From: Vicugna vicugna
Taxonomy: Eukaryota
Assembly (NCBI GenBank): GCA_013265495.1
Contig: MU058645.1
Coordinates: forward strand, 1-64,000
DNA: 64,000 nucleotides
Direction: 5' to 3'
In this document: positions 10,380 through 23,230 of the stretch, piece after piece
How positions within the stretch are numbered: position 1 is the stretch's first letter
Layout of the letters: every line of letters starts with the position of its first letter
Translations under genes and position numbers: made by a program
The notes under the pieces: generated by a model
What the model was told of the DNA's origin: nothing
Seen by the model: only the letters and a program-made list of their open reading frames with translations
The model's database searches: none

Positions 10380-13300
10380 ATTATTTAAGAAAACTTTATT
10401 ATAAAACATACACAAAAAATGGTGCACAAAATAATAGAATTTTACCTTCAGAAATTAAATATTATCAGTATGGCCAAAGTTCTCTTCCCCAAGTATATGC
10501 TTTTCCCGTCAGATTCTCCAATCTCTTGTTCCCTGAGAAAAATAACTTTGAATTTGGTGTTCATCATGCTTATACTCTTTTTTTTATAGGTTTACTTAAA
10601 AATACATGTAGAAGCAACCAGTGTTCGATATAGTCTTGTATATTTTTGAATACTACATAATTGATACAAACTTTTGTTCAGTCACTGAGATAAATCCGCG
10701 TTGATACACATATCTGCTGTTCTTAATTTTCACTGTGGTGTAGTATTCCGTTTTGTGAAAATATCACAAAATATGGGCTCGCTCTTGTCATTGCATTTCT
10801 GTCATTTCCATGGAAAAAATACAGTGAACATTCACTGTGCCTGTCTGTCTGGGAAACTGTAAAACGACTTCTCTGGAGGATTACGAGGAAGAAATAGATC
10901 CCTGAGCTATATGGTATTTGTCTCTTCAACGTAAGTTAACATAGCAAATTAATTTCCAGTGTAATTATCCAGAGTTGTATGTTGCTCTCCACTCTTGATA
11001 AAATTTAACGTTTTAATTTATGTGAAAATATTATTTAAAAAATAGTTACTTTTATGTTGACTTTTTCCATCGGTTCACTTTATATTTGGGTTGGCTTCCT
11101 TTCTTGTAAATTGCCTGTTTATCTTTTCCACCCAATTTTTTATTATATTGTTTATCTTTTCTTACTGACCTGTTAGACTGCCGTTTACTATATAGAATCT
11201 AGTTTGTTTTGTCATTTATTTGCACTGTAAATATCTTCTCCAAAAGTGAGTGCCATCTTTTCACTTTCTTATGGTGTATTTTGATACAAAACTACTTTTT
11301 AGTATTCATGAAACGGAATTTATCTGTTGTGTAATATTTACAATAATTCTCAAAATTATAGACATTTTCTATAGTTCCTTCCAATGTCTTAACTTTTTTT
11401 TCTAAGTGTGTAACCTTTTGTGCAGGGTGCTGTGTACAAATCCAGCTTACTCTTTCCCACTGTATAACAGCCAGTTATCTCAGCATTGTTATCGACACAT
11501 GTTTGCATGCCAATCTGTGATTCTATTTCTGCACGTGTGAATTTTTTACATTTATAACTTTATAGAATCTTGATATCTGGTAGGACAAACCTCTTAACAT
11601 TTTTCTTCTTCAGAATATGTTTGACTGTCTTGAAACATTTCTTGTTCTGTGTAAATTTTAGATTCAACTTGATAAAATCCATAATGTGTTTGTAGTTATG
11701 TTTAATCTTCTATATAGAAATTATAAAGTAGGGGAACTACTTGATAACTTGATATCTTGATATCAAAACAAGAGTCTTGATAACTCTTGTTTCTTTTTCT
11801 TGCTGTTGTGCTCCAAATAGAAATTCAGTAACCCGTTGAATAAACTTGGTGCTAACGTGCACTGCTGTCCTTTCTCTGGTCTTAGAGGAATCGTTTCAGA
11901 CTTTTCCTTGTGGTCACGGGCGTTTTCTTCGCTGGAGGTTGGTCTTTTTGTTTGTTTGCATTTTTGTAGTTTTCTTTCCCAGTGTTAAAGGATGGGGATT
12001 TACTCTTAGCTTGCTAAGATAATATATTATCTGTAAATGTTGAATTTTATCTAATGCTACTCATTTATGAATTACATTAATTGATTTTCTAATTAGAAAC
12101 AAACATTGCATTTCTAATTTGAGCATAATATATTATTTTCAGATATCCCTGAATTAGATTTATAGCATTATACTGAGTTTTGCTTTTATGACAATAATTC
12201 TGGTTATGATTTAATTTCCTATTTCTTTCTGTCCGTACTAGATTTAGTATTATAGTTTTTCTAACCTCACAAATTGGAAATGGTTTTCTAATTGTTTTGT
12301 TCCCTGGAAGGGCTTGCATACATTGAAACTGACTTTGTCTTGAATTTTAAATTCTGTTAAACATTCTGGGTTTGCTGTTTCATTTGTGCCAAAAATTAAT
12401 TGAATTTGATTAAGAGATATAGGACTATTTGGATTTCTGTATCTTCCTGAATCATTTTGGAAAGCTGTATTACCACAGCAATTTTCTCCTTTCAGCTCAG
12501 CTTTCAAATTCATTGACATACAATTGCTGATGGCATCTTTCCTTGGCGTTCCGATGCCTACAGCGCCTATTGGATTGACCTCTTTTTATTCCTCAAAATC
12601 GTTTCTCTCTCTGTCTTTCATATCTTAGAGACATAGTGGTTCAAATGATAGTTTACAACCTTGTTGATCATTTCTACAGAACACTTATTTTCTCTCATTA
12701 ATTTCTCCTTTTATACATATTATTTTCTCTTATTTGTTGTAAATTAACTTTACTGGTTACTTCCCCTTCTGACTTCTTAAGCAGATTAATTTTCAGCCAT
12801 GCCTGCAGCTAAAACAGTGATTTCGGTAAATCTATAGCCTTAAATATACAAGTGTGTATATATTTATTTATTTTAACCTAATGTACCTCTCTTATCTATG
12901 AGTTATACGAATTGCTTGTCAGTTGTCAGGGGTTTGTTTTTTCTCGAGTTAACTTTTTAGATTTTGATCTATCTTAACTGCCCTCAGGGCGGGGACTGAA
13001 TTTATGGTAGGTTATTCCTTTGAAATCCGTTGTCACTTGGCTCTAAGACCATTATATGATTAATTTTCTAAAATTCTCAGCGTGGTTTTTTTTTTAATAA
13101 GATTCCTGCTGTTTTTAGTTCAAGCTTGTTTATTGTTTTAATCTTATTTTTTCATCTTTATTTTAGAGTAAGATGCTCAATTCTTTCATGTAATAGAGAA
13201 CTAATCAGTTTCTCTTTGTATTTCTGTTCATTTTCACATAATATATTTTGAGGTATGTTAAGGAGTGCATTCAAGTTTAGACTTCCTTTGTTTTTCCTGA

Positions 13301-13620
13301 TGAATTGAGTATTTATGTCATTATGTAATTACCCTTTCCTGTAGAGGTGAATGTTATTCCTTAATGTTTACATTACATTTATGTAATGTGTTTGCCTCAT
13401 GTGTGCTGTTTCAGCCCTTTACTTTCATATTGTCTATTTCCATAATGTTTTAGAGCTATCTCTTAAAAATAGCCTAGCATTTTAGAAATGTAAAATTTAG
13501 CTGCATAATCTCTATCTCCGAATTGGAGAACTTAAGTTCTTTTTTTTGTTGTGATTAGTCACTTACTCAGACTTACTCCACTATTTCATTTTGTGTTTTC
13601 TATTCACCCTCTTAACCTTT
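10380..13620 (-). mobile_element. Ancient LINE-1 (L1ME-like), fragmented
   Basis: T-rich antisense L1 3' UTR and ORF2 remnants (tgtaaattgcctgtttatcttt, gtaaatatcttctccaa, tgttgaattttatctaatgc). Confidence 0.7.
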
Positions 13621-13649
13621 CCTGCAATTCTTTTCCTCTCATGTGGGCA

Positions 13650-13860
13650 GTTCGTAGACGCACAACGCGGTCCAACAAGGCTGCGTTAGAAGCCGGCCGT
13701 GTGTGGACCCTAGATCTTGGAGCCTGTGAGTGTCAGGAATGTGTGTGGCTTCTCCGTGGCCAACTTTCTTCATCTATTAAATGTGAGTGTGACTTTATCG
13801 CATTGGATGGTTGTGAGTGCCAAACAAAATACATTTTGGAAATTGGCTCATACAATTCCA
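13650..13860 (+). mobile_element. MIR SINE
   Basis: ccaactttcttcatctattaaatg...ggatggttgtgagtgccaa resembles the MIR core. Confidence 0.55.
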
Positions 13861-15590
13861 GGTGCCCTTATTTAAAATTCACCTCCTCCACCCTGAACCT
13901 GGGACTTGGGAGGCGTGGCTGCAGAGCGAACAATAAAACATTTGCTGTGACTGAACAAACCATCCTGTTCGGCATGGATCTCACTCTTTCCAGTGATAAC
14001 AGCGTGAAGAAGTGTTCAGTCAGCACTTAGCATGTGACGCTTGTGCACTTCATCCTTGCAACAACATCCTTTTATTCGCACCTATATTTTCTTCTTCCAA
14101 AATCTCTGCTGCTGAAACCTTAGGTTGAAGTGTTTTGTTTCGTCTGGAAGCGCATACCCTCATGAAGACTTAACACCTTCTTGTAGCCTGATTACCCACA
14201 TCCAAAATCACAGCCCGTCTGCGAGCCGGAGAGCAGGGTTCAGTGTCCTGGTGCAGCTCCCGGAAGGTGCTGGTCTGGTTCACATGCACTTGCCTAGCGA
14301 GCAGGGGACTATCTGCTGACGATGTTTTTACCTGGACGTGCCACGGCGCCGGAATGCCTCCCCGGGACATGAGGAGGCCGTCACAGTGCACTAGGACCAC
14401 TCTTCTTCCTCCCTCAGCTTACGGCTAACACCTTTCTTCAGCCAGCGAACTGCTAAATGGAGAAAGTGCAACATTTCTGTTTTCAGACTTCAGACCACCC
14501 TGAGCCCCTGATGTGTGAAGAAAAGAAAGAGGCTATGATTTGACACCTGCAGGAGTCATTGATCACCTGTACTTCCCTGAGCAGAGCCAACGTGCCTTCA
14601 GGTCTTGGATGAAAGCATGAAACAGCATGGGAAGATTTGTCCATGTCATATAATTTGCTGGCAGTTGCTCTTCTGAGCAGTAATTTCCCCAATCAGCTCT
14701 CCTTTCTGGGGTTAGAAAAATGAAATAAATATGAACTGATTTGATGCCAGCAAAGAAAGTATAAAACCAGTAACTAATCTGCAGATATGAGAAAGAAATC
14801 TCACCAGCCCAATAAACTCTGTGCTTCCTTATTTGCTATTCCTCACATGAAAAAACACAAATGAAAAGGCCTGACCTTTCCCGGCGGCAGCGCGACTCTG
14901 ACAATAGTCACCGGTAACGGCTAATGGTTGTGCAATTTAAGGCCTGCCGTATGACGATACATTTGTAAACACATTTTTTTCTCCTAGAGCTATGTGAAGA
15001 GCAATCTAATGGCAGCAGATATAAAAATAAAATATCTCCTTCCTGCTGGTCTTACCCGTCTCCTATAATTAGAATTCACGGGCGATTCATCCAAAGGGAG
15101 ACGGGCCCGGCTCTGGTCAGGAGGGAGCAGGGTGCACATGTTGGGAGGAAGTGGCAGAGGTGATGGCGGCAGTTAGAAACTGAGTCCACAGCCAGATCCA
15201 CTTTCAAGTCGAAGACGCTCGATCTCAGTGCGTAATCACTGTGTGCGGCGTGTCCTGCATTTACACGGTCCTTCACTGTCCCTTTGTAAATATACAATGC
15301 CTTGAACATCCTCTCATAAGAAACAAAAAAAATTTTTTGTCATTTGAAAGGTGTGAATTTTATCAGCTCACTAATTTCTCCGCGGGTGTAAGCTGGCAGT
15401 CCCTACTCTGGTACCTGCACATCTGGTCCTTCATCAGGAAACTTGCCAAAACCATCAGAAATACCTAACACAGGGTTTCGGCCAAATGCAGACTATCAAT
15501 TCAGAGAGCAAAGGATAAAAATGGAAGGAAAGGAATGGTGCTAAACTGCATCGGACATTTAACTATCCTCCTTCTGTACCTGCACCCAAG

Positions 15591-15686
15591 CACACAGACA
15601 CACACAGACACACAGACAGACGCACACAGACACACAGACACACACAGACACACACACACAGACACAGACACACACACACGCACACG
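15591..15686. repeat. Compound (CA)n/(CACAGA)n microsatellite
   Basis: cacacagacacacacagacacacagacagacgcacac... Confidence 0.95.
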
Positions 15687-15889
15687 CCTCTCACTAGAAG
15701 CTTCAGAATCAAATAAAATCAAACCGTGCTCATCTCCACCCCGAGCCCCGCCCCACCGCTCGCTCCCAAACACACAGGCATGAGAGGACCTGACTGTAGA
15801 TCAAGGTGAATCCCCCCTGGTCCTTCACCGAAAGAATCACCGCCTAGAGGGAGAGACTGACAAGGAAGGGGAGAGCATCCTCGCCTCTC

Positions 15890-16140
15890 AGAGCGCGTGC
15901 CTGGGGTCAGTGCAGCGTCACCAGCAGGGTGAGGAAGGCGTTACACGTGGAGCGTGTGCCGCGCTGGGCCGTGTCTGTGGCTGCCAGAGCCGGGGCGCCG
16001 GGCCGGGGGGGGGGCGCGCGGGCTCGGGGCCGGGCGAGCTGAGCGCGTGCGCTCACACCGGGCGCCGGCGCGGCGGGCAGATCGAGGTGCTGCTCGCAGC
16101 CGGCAGTGTGGCCTTCCCTTCGTGGTGGAAGGAGGGCCGC
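15890..16140. other. Short GC/CpG peak with G-quadruplex-prone tract
   Basis: ggggcgccgggccggggggggggcgcgcgggctcggggccggg at 15992-16034. Confidence 0.75.
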
Positions 16141-16229
16141 TGAAAGGCGTTTGGCTTGCTTGGCTTTTCGGCTTTTTTGGAGTAACCTCTAGTTACTGAC
16201 AACGGTGTCGTGTGTGAAAACTCATGCTT

Positions 16230-16360
16230 AAGTGGTCCCCTTTCGTCCCTGCCTCCCCTTTCCACTCCCCTACTGGCTAGACTGGGGTCATCTCCGGGAT
16301 AAAGCATCTACACTTAATGTTCTTCTTAGTGTCTGCTTCGGGGAACCGAATCTGTAACAG
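16230..16360 (+). mobile_element. ERVL LTR16-like LTR 3' end
   Basis: ccactcccctac...ggtcatctccgggataaagcatctacactt...gtctgcttcggggaaccgaatctgtaaca resembles the LTR16 terminus. Confidence 0.6.
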
Positions 16361-16439
16361 TAAAGAAGTCAGCGAGAGAACTTCTGAGGCAAACTTTAAA
16401 GAGAAAGGATCCAGGGGTCACAGCTGACGTTTGGATTCA

Positions 16440-17010
16440 GAGATTAAAGTCAAGTGAAAGGACAAGATGAAATCCAGGTTTCTGGTTTGGATCACTGAGG
16501 TCAAGGCATCACCAAATGCCAAGAGTGGACCATCGGGAGAACAGCAAGGTTGAAAAGAAAAACCAGGTATTTAATTTGGGATTTGTGGAAAACGAGGACC
16601 CCTGGAGATATCCAAAGTTGGTGCTCGTAAGCAGCCTCATGAAACCGGGGCTTTGAGGGGGTTCCAAAGTGCAGGTAGATATTTCTGAGCCATCAGTACG
16701 GAGCTGAAGCCATGGAGAAGGAAGAGAATCGTGAGGCACATTGATATTAAAGGGGAGCAAAAAGGCCCTGCCCCTAACTAGAGAGGAGAAATGCCACCGA
16801 GGTTGAATAACTTGAACATAACAAGGTCACAGAAGCCAAAGGGAAAGAAAAGATCAGGAGGAAGGGAAAGAGGTCCTTGGATTGTGTACAGTGGTCAATG
16901 AAGATGCAGAGGAAAGAACTGTGGCCCCAAAGTGGACATGGCAGGGTTCTGACAGCAGTTTCGTTGGTGTGAGGAGGTGGAGGTGGGGATGAAGTGGGTG
17001 GTGTGGCCGA
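16440..17010 (-). mobile_element. LINE-2 fragment
   Basis: gatgaaatccaggtttctggtttgg...ggagatatccaaag...gaagccatggaga, typical antisense L2. Confidence 0.65.
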
Positions 17011-19659
17011 GGAGGCAGTGCTGCTGGTCATACACAAACACTGAGCAGCCACGAGGTCACTGACTCAGGCAAATCCCGATAGATGTGGTCAGTGACTCGA
17101 GCAGAGTCTAGACATACGGTGCTGGTCCAGGAGTTTCCTTTCCAATTGCTGGATTGCAGAACAGTCTGGGTTCAGGAGGAGAAAGGCCAGGGTGGCAAGA
17201 AATGTAACGGCTCAGGGTGACAATTATTTATCATTAGAACCACACAAAATCATACCTGCTGACTCCCAGTTCTGTCTGTCTTTCCACTTACATGTAAACC
17301 TTACGTGTACATAGTTTAAAAAATAATCTGGACTCCACACTGGCAGAGCTGCCTGGGTGCAAGTGGTTCTTCCCTCCCGGGGGTGTGTTTGCTGGTGCAA
17401 CACTGAGAAGGGGCTGGGACGGCAGGTGGGTAGAGTCAGGGCACGGCTGTTGTGGGGTCTACAGAGAAGGAACATTTGCAGAAAAGAGAAAGGAATTAAA
17501 CTCAGCAGAGGGACATGGTGATGCAAATGATTCAAATCCTGGTATGAAATCAGAACACCCTTGGGAATCAGAATATCTACGCACTGCATACTTTGTACCA
17601 CCTAACATGATGGACTCAGCGAGACTCAGGTTCTTCTCTGTTCCTTTCTGGGGGTAGAAGGGATATTTGATGCCTTCTCCACTCCTGGTCTATGCCTTAC
17701 ATTCTAGAAAAGTGTATGGATGCAGACCTTTGGTCAGTCATGCATTTTTCTGGCTACACCTGCTTCTCCTTCATGAAGTGAGGGAACTCAGTCTCCGTGA
17801 ATCCCCGCGCTTAGCTAGGCTGTCATGGTCACTGCAGAGGGGGCAAAAAACCCTTATCAAGAGGGAAAGGGCATGTTCCTAGGTGTGTCACGGTTTTTCT
17901 TTTCTAGTCATGTGGAGTCTTGGGTGGCAATTCAATTCTCAGGAAGGACAGCGAGTACAGGAGGGACTGCCTTCCTCAAGGTGCACCAACAAATATTGAC
18001 GATGATTGAGAGCCATGTGAAAGCTTTTGGTATTCAGATTTTGTCGGGGCATTAAAAAAATTCACTCGTCCTTCTGGGAAATGGATAGAGCCACTGCCAA
18101 GCTCTTCTCCAGGAAAGATTTGTACCCATATATGGAAGCACTGGCATTTTTCCAGCTCACAGCCACATTTAGCAACAATATTAATTTCATTTTTCTCACA
18201 GTTGCAGCTGTGAACAACTAAAAAAGGTCATTTTTCTATACTTGAAATATAGAACACACATTAATTTTCCAGTAGATTAACTTAATGATCAAAATTGGAG
18301 AAGAAAAGAAAACACTTTTTTTGAGAGGGGGTGGGGGAGGAGAGAAGGAAGACAGCCGCTTCCTTTCCCCGAATCTACTTATTGACACAGGTTTCACCCT
18401 GCAGACACTCCACGGTTCACTTGAGAGCCATATGCAGACTTGGTACCTACTACCTGTCCGAGATGATTCAGAACCAGGTAGTCGTTCTGCAGTTGCCTCC
18501 CCGTGGTGAGCAGGTAGAGGGCTGCAGAACCCAGCCCTTGTGACAAGGACAGAAACACGGGCTCCACAGCATGTCCAGAAGATTGCATGGAGTACATCCC
18601 TAAGTACATCCCGTCTACACTCCAGATGTAGGGGTACATCCCTGAAGACAGTAGCCACCACTTCTTGTTCCTTTTGCTTTTAAATCTCTGGAGGCCTTAT
18701 TTTCTTGATTCTCATACCACAGTCTGGGTCACTTGAATTATTTGAAACACTTTTGCTGACCTCTCTCATGTCAGTAACTCTCCTTCAATTTTCCAGGATG
18801 CTCATCATACAAACCCTTTTCCCAACCATGATTTTGAGAATGAGGGGACAATTATTTTGATCAAATTCACCTCCTGCCATATATTCTTATTTAACTTCAG
18901 TTGAAGAATCTAATCACTTGGCAAACGTGTTACTCATTTGGGAAATTCAGCTGAATGGTTGACAATATTTATTGAGCACCTATGTTATCTCAGATTAAAA
19001 CAAACACTAAAAATGGGAAAAAAAGAAGTGACATAAATATAGTGTGTAAAAAGAGTCAGTGACATGAATGGGATCTTTGATGCAATACTTAAAAGTTAGA
19101 CGAAAAGAGCAGTGGTTTGGAAAACTACGAGGCAGTCATGTGAAGGGGACAGCAGCTTACTGTCCTTTGACAGCCCTCCCTTGTCCCTGAATTCAGTTTG
19201 AACTACTTCTATCTTCCTAATTTGAGGTTCCTCTGACTTGTGACTGGCACATGGTTGAGATCATGAATACCTGCATTTAGTTTAGCTGATTCTACAGTAA
19301 GATCACAGCGAGAATGGAGAAGAAATGGCTTTGTGCCAAACCTGAAATTCAAGAGTAATCACGGCTCACGTATGGGTTCCCTTGTTCGTGTACAGACATT
19401 CCGTGTGTTTGTTCTTTTTTATGGTTTGGCTTTCTAAGTTCTTACCCCTTTTTCTCTCTCCTACCTTCCCTCAAATGCTGGTTTTACATTAGGAAATTAT
19501 TTTCTTCAATAATATTGCCTCATTTATTACTACACACATCGCTCAAATTTTTGTAACTAAGATGTGAGTATTCTCTTCAGTTTACAACTGGACTCCACAG
19601 AGATTCCATTCTTTATGCTTGCAGGTATCCAGCATTTGTGTTCCAAACTATTTTACAGT

Positions 19660-21330
19660 TCTTTCATTTGTTTGTTTGGCAGTTTTGACAAAAAAATCCC
19701 TATGGGATTCTTTACATTGAGTTCACATTGATTTTACTATCATTTTGGGAAGAACTGACATCTTAACAATATTTAGACTCCCAAACCACAGATGTAGGGT
19801 ATTCCATTTAGGTCTTTTAAAAAATTCTCTCAGATAGGTTTTGTAGTTTCCAGTGTTCAGACCTTTCATTATTTTATTTTTGTCATTATGGCTTACTATG
19901 TTATGTGTTCATGCTACATATGTGGTATTTTACTTATTTAAACTCTGATTTGTTAACTGCTAGTCTATAGACATACATCAGGCTTTATGTTAATTTTCTA
20001 CTCTGCAACTTAGTAAACTCCCTTGTTAGATCCAGCACTTTCTTTGTAGATTCCATCAGACTGACTGTGTGGATGGTCTTTTCATCGGTATACGAAGATT
20101 GCTCTTCCTTCCTGGTGCTAATGCCCTTTACTTTTTTTTACTTTTTGTGAATGTCTTTTATTCTTTTTCTTGCCTGATTGCAGTGGCCAGAACTTCAGCA
20201 CAACATGGAACAGAAGTTGCAAGAGAAACGTGCTTGTCAGTCTTTCATCACTGAGCATGATGCTAGCACAGGCGTTCTTTGATGGCCCTTAGCAGGTTGA
20301 GGAAGTTCTCTCCTATTCTTATTTTGCTGAGAGGATGCTGAACTTTCATCATATAGCTTTACTGTGCCTATTGAGATGATCATGCATATTTCTTTTTGTT
20401 GTTGTTGTTTTTTAATACGCTGATTACATTAATTGATTTCTGAATGTTAAATCAATCCTAAATTCTTGTGATGGACCATGCTTAGTTAAAATGCATTTCC
20501 TTTTTTACATATTGTTGGATTAATATGCTAAAAATTATTTTAAAATTTTGCATATATGTTCTGAGGGATAATTGACTTTGATTGTAGTTTTCTTATCTTG
20601 ATGTCTTTTGCTGGTTTTGGTGCCAGGCATTGGTTTTTGGCTTCACAGAAGGATTTGAGAAGATTTCTTGCTCTTTAATTTTCTGGAATAGATCTTGCGG
20701 AATATATTCTCTTACTAGGTGCATAAATATTGAGGACTGCTATGTCTTCCTGAGTAACTGACTCCATTATTATTATAAAATGGCCTTCCTTCTTCCTGGT
20801 AATAGTCTTCAATCTGAAATCTTTGTCTGGTATTAATACAGCCAGTTAGATTTCTTTTTGACTGTGGCTGGCCTTCTTCCATCCTTTCCTTTTAACCAAT
20901 TTCTATTTGTATTTAAAATGCATTTATTGTAGACAACCTATAGATGATCTTGCTCTTTCATCCAATCTGACAATCTCTGCTCCTGGATTATTTATACCAT
21001 TTATATTTTACATGACTACTGATATAGTTACAGTTAAGCCTATCATTTTTTTTTCTGTTTTTAAATTATCCTTTTTTTTCATTTTCTTCCTTTCTCTCTT
21101 CTTTTGGTTTGAGTGTCTGTATGATTCTGCTTTATCTCCTTGTTGGTATATTAGCTAAATTTTTTTCTGCTATTTTACTAGTCAGTATAGAATTTATAAT
21201 ATGTCTGAAAATATCTTGATTTTCACTTTGTTTTTGAAAAGAATGTTTTCCATAGGTTTCCGAGGTGACAGATTTCCCTCCCAGCCTGTAGAGGTGCTGC
21301 GCCATTTCTGTGTGACATTGCCTGCAATCT
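19660..21330 (-). mobile_element. Old LINE-1 ORF2 fragments
   Basis: Antisense RT-region (caggttgaggaagttctctcctattctt) and endonuclease-region (aggtgcataaatattgaggactgctatgtcttcc) remnants. Confidence 0.8.
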
Positions 21331-21779
21331 GTAGCTTTGTTGCTCTCAATTTAGCATCTCCTTTAATATTCTCTTAAGTTCTAGAATTCTAAGAATTCTA
21401 TTCATTTTTAAAATTTCACTCATATTTACTTGCTAGATTATTGATACATGCAATTTAGATGTCCATCATAAAGACTTGCCTGGCAGAATGTCAGCCCTGT
21501 AAGAGCTGTTTAATTTGGTACCTGGCACAGAGTAGTGGTCCAGTGCATTTATTCAAGTGAGTGCGTGGATACGTATATAGGAATTACTGGTCCATCTCAC
21601 TGCCAAAGTCCCTATGTGGACAGCCCCTAGAGACCACCTTGCATTTTGTGATGGGTCTTTTGTTATCTCAAATTATGTTGCAAATATTAGCATAAGTTTT
21701 ATTGATGTGAGGCTGACAATGTCAAGACAATGTCCTAAAGTCTGTGCCTAACACAAACTGGGAATGAAAACATGTTTTA

Positions 21780-22560
21780 AGGTTTAAAAATTATTTCTGT
21801 ATATATGACAAGCAAAATATCAATATACTTACTATTTACAACAGCTTTATAAATCAATAAGGAAAAGAAATACACATTTATAGAAGCAATGGCTTGAGGA
21901 TATGAATGATCGTTTATCTGTAGGAGAAATGGAAACACTGGAGAACATATGTGAACACGGTTGATGTTCACTGCAATACAGATGACGACTCAAGTTGAGA
22001 ATAATAAAAATGAATGATAATACACATTAGTGATGACAGTCAAGTGAAAAATGCAATGTTACAGACTTCCAAGAAGATGGCAAGTTGATGCAAACTTTCT
22101 GGAGAACAATTTGGTAATATTTATTAAATTTTCCTAACAAGCAACTCTACTTATATAAAGACAGCCTGAAGAAATAGATTTATTTTAAGAATTTGACTTT
22201 TATTTATTATATCAGTGAACTGGGATAACCTTAATGTCTACTAAGGGGAATCTAAAAAAATAACAGCTCAGTTACCCATGAATATTATGTGGTGAGTTAA
22301 AATGTTGTAGAGTCATATTTCATAACATGCATTTTTTACTAGGTAAAAGGCACATTGCAAAACACTATATACTGCAGGATCTCTTTTTGAAAAAAAAATC
22401 AAATGCTAATAAATGGGAAAAGGACTTGGCATATTATAATAAATTGCAGAGGAAAAGTCTTTTTAATGGTGTTGTGGGTGATTTTTAGTTTCTTACTATT
22501 GTCTTTCTGTATGTTCTCATTTATATGGTGTAAATGGATTAATTTTGTATCGGGAAAACA
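21780..22560 (+). mobile_element. Ancient L1ME-like 3' end
   Basis: tttctggagaacaatttggtaatatttattaaa...gtgatttttagtttcttact. Confidence 0.6.
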
Positions 22561-22994
22561 ATCAGAAGTAAAAACAAACAAAGACTGGCACGGAATAGAG
22601 CTTGGGGTTACAGTATCGTCTTTGACAGCGGTCTGCTCACCAACCGGAATAGCAGGAAAGCCATCTGGAGCTGTGATTTCGAAAACATATGCACTGAAAA
22701 CACAAGAGCTTTTTCCATCACTTGGATAACTTATTGCCGCCTAACTTAGGTAACTAAATGATTTCTCCCCAGTTTTGGGTTAAATAATTTGCCTATTTCA
22801 ATCAGAATAGAAATGATTACTAATTAACTCTTCCATTCAGCATATGACTAATGCTCGTTGAGTTTCTGCTGTTGTGTTAGGCATTTGGGGTGCTTACGAG
22901 AAATGTAACAAGATGCCTGTCCTCTGCACACTTGGCATTGGTATATCCTCACAGATCATTTTCATGTGTCTGGACTACCCATTAAAATTGGATT

Positions 22995-23230
22995 TGCAGA
23001 TACCAACTACTATACCTAAATAAATAAAAAACAAGGTCCTACGGCACAGCACAGGGAACCATATTCATACCTTGTAATGGCCTATAGTGAAAAAGAATAT
23101 GAAAACGTATATATGTGTGTGTGTGTGTATATACATATATATATATATATATATATGTAGCTAAATCACTATGCTATACACCAGAAATTAACACAACATT
23201 GTAACTGACATTACTTCAAATAAAATACAT
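22995..23230 (+). mobile_element. LINE-1 3' UTR fragment containing a (TG)n(TA)n microsatellite
   Basis: aacaaggtcctacggcacagcacagggaacc...acaccagaaattaacacaacattgtaa; microsatellite at about 23107-23157. Confidence 0.88.

Noticed and set aside
15501..15783. ORFs with VC/TH repeats
   Set aside because: Translation of the CA microsatellite
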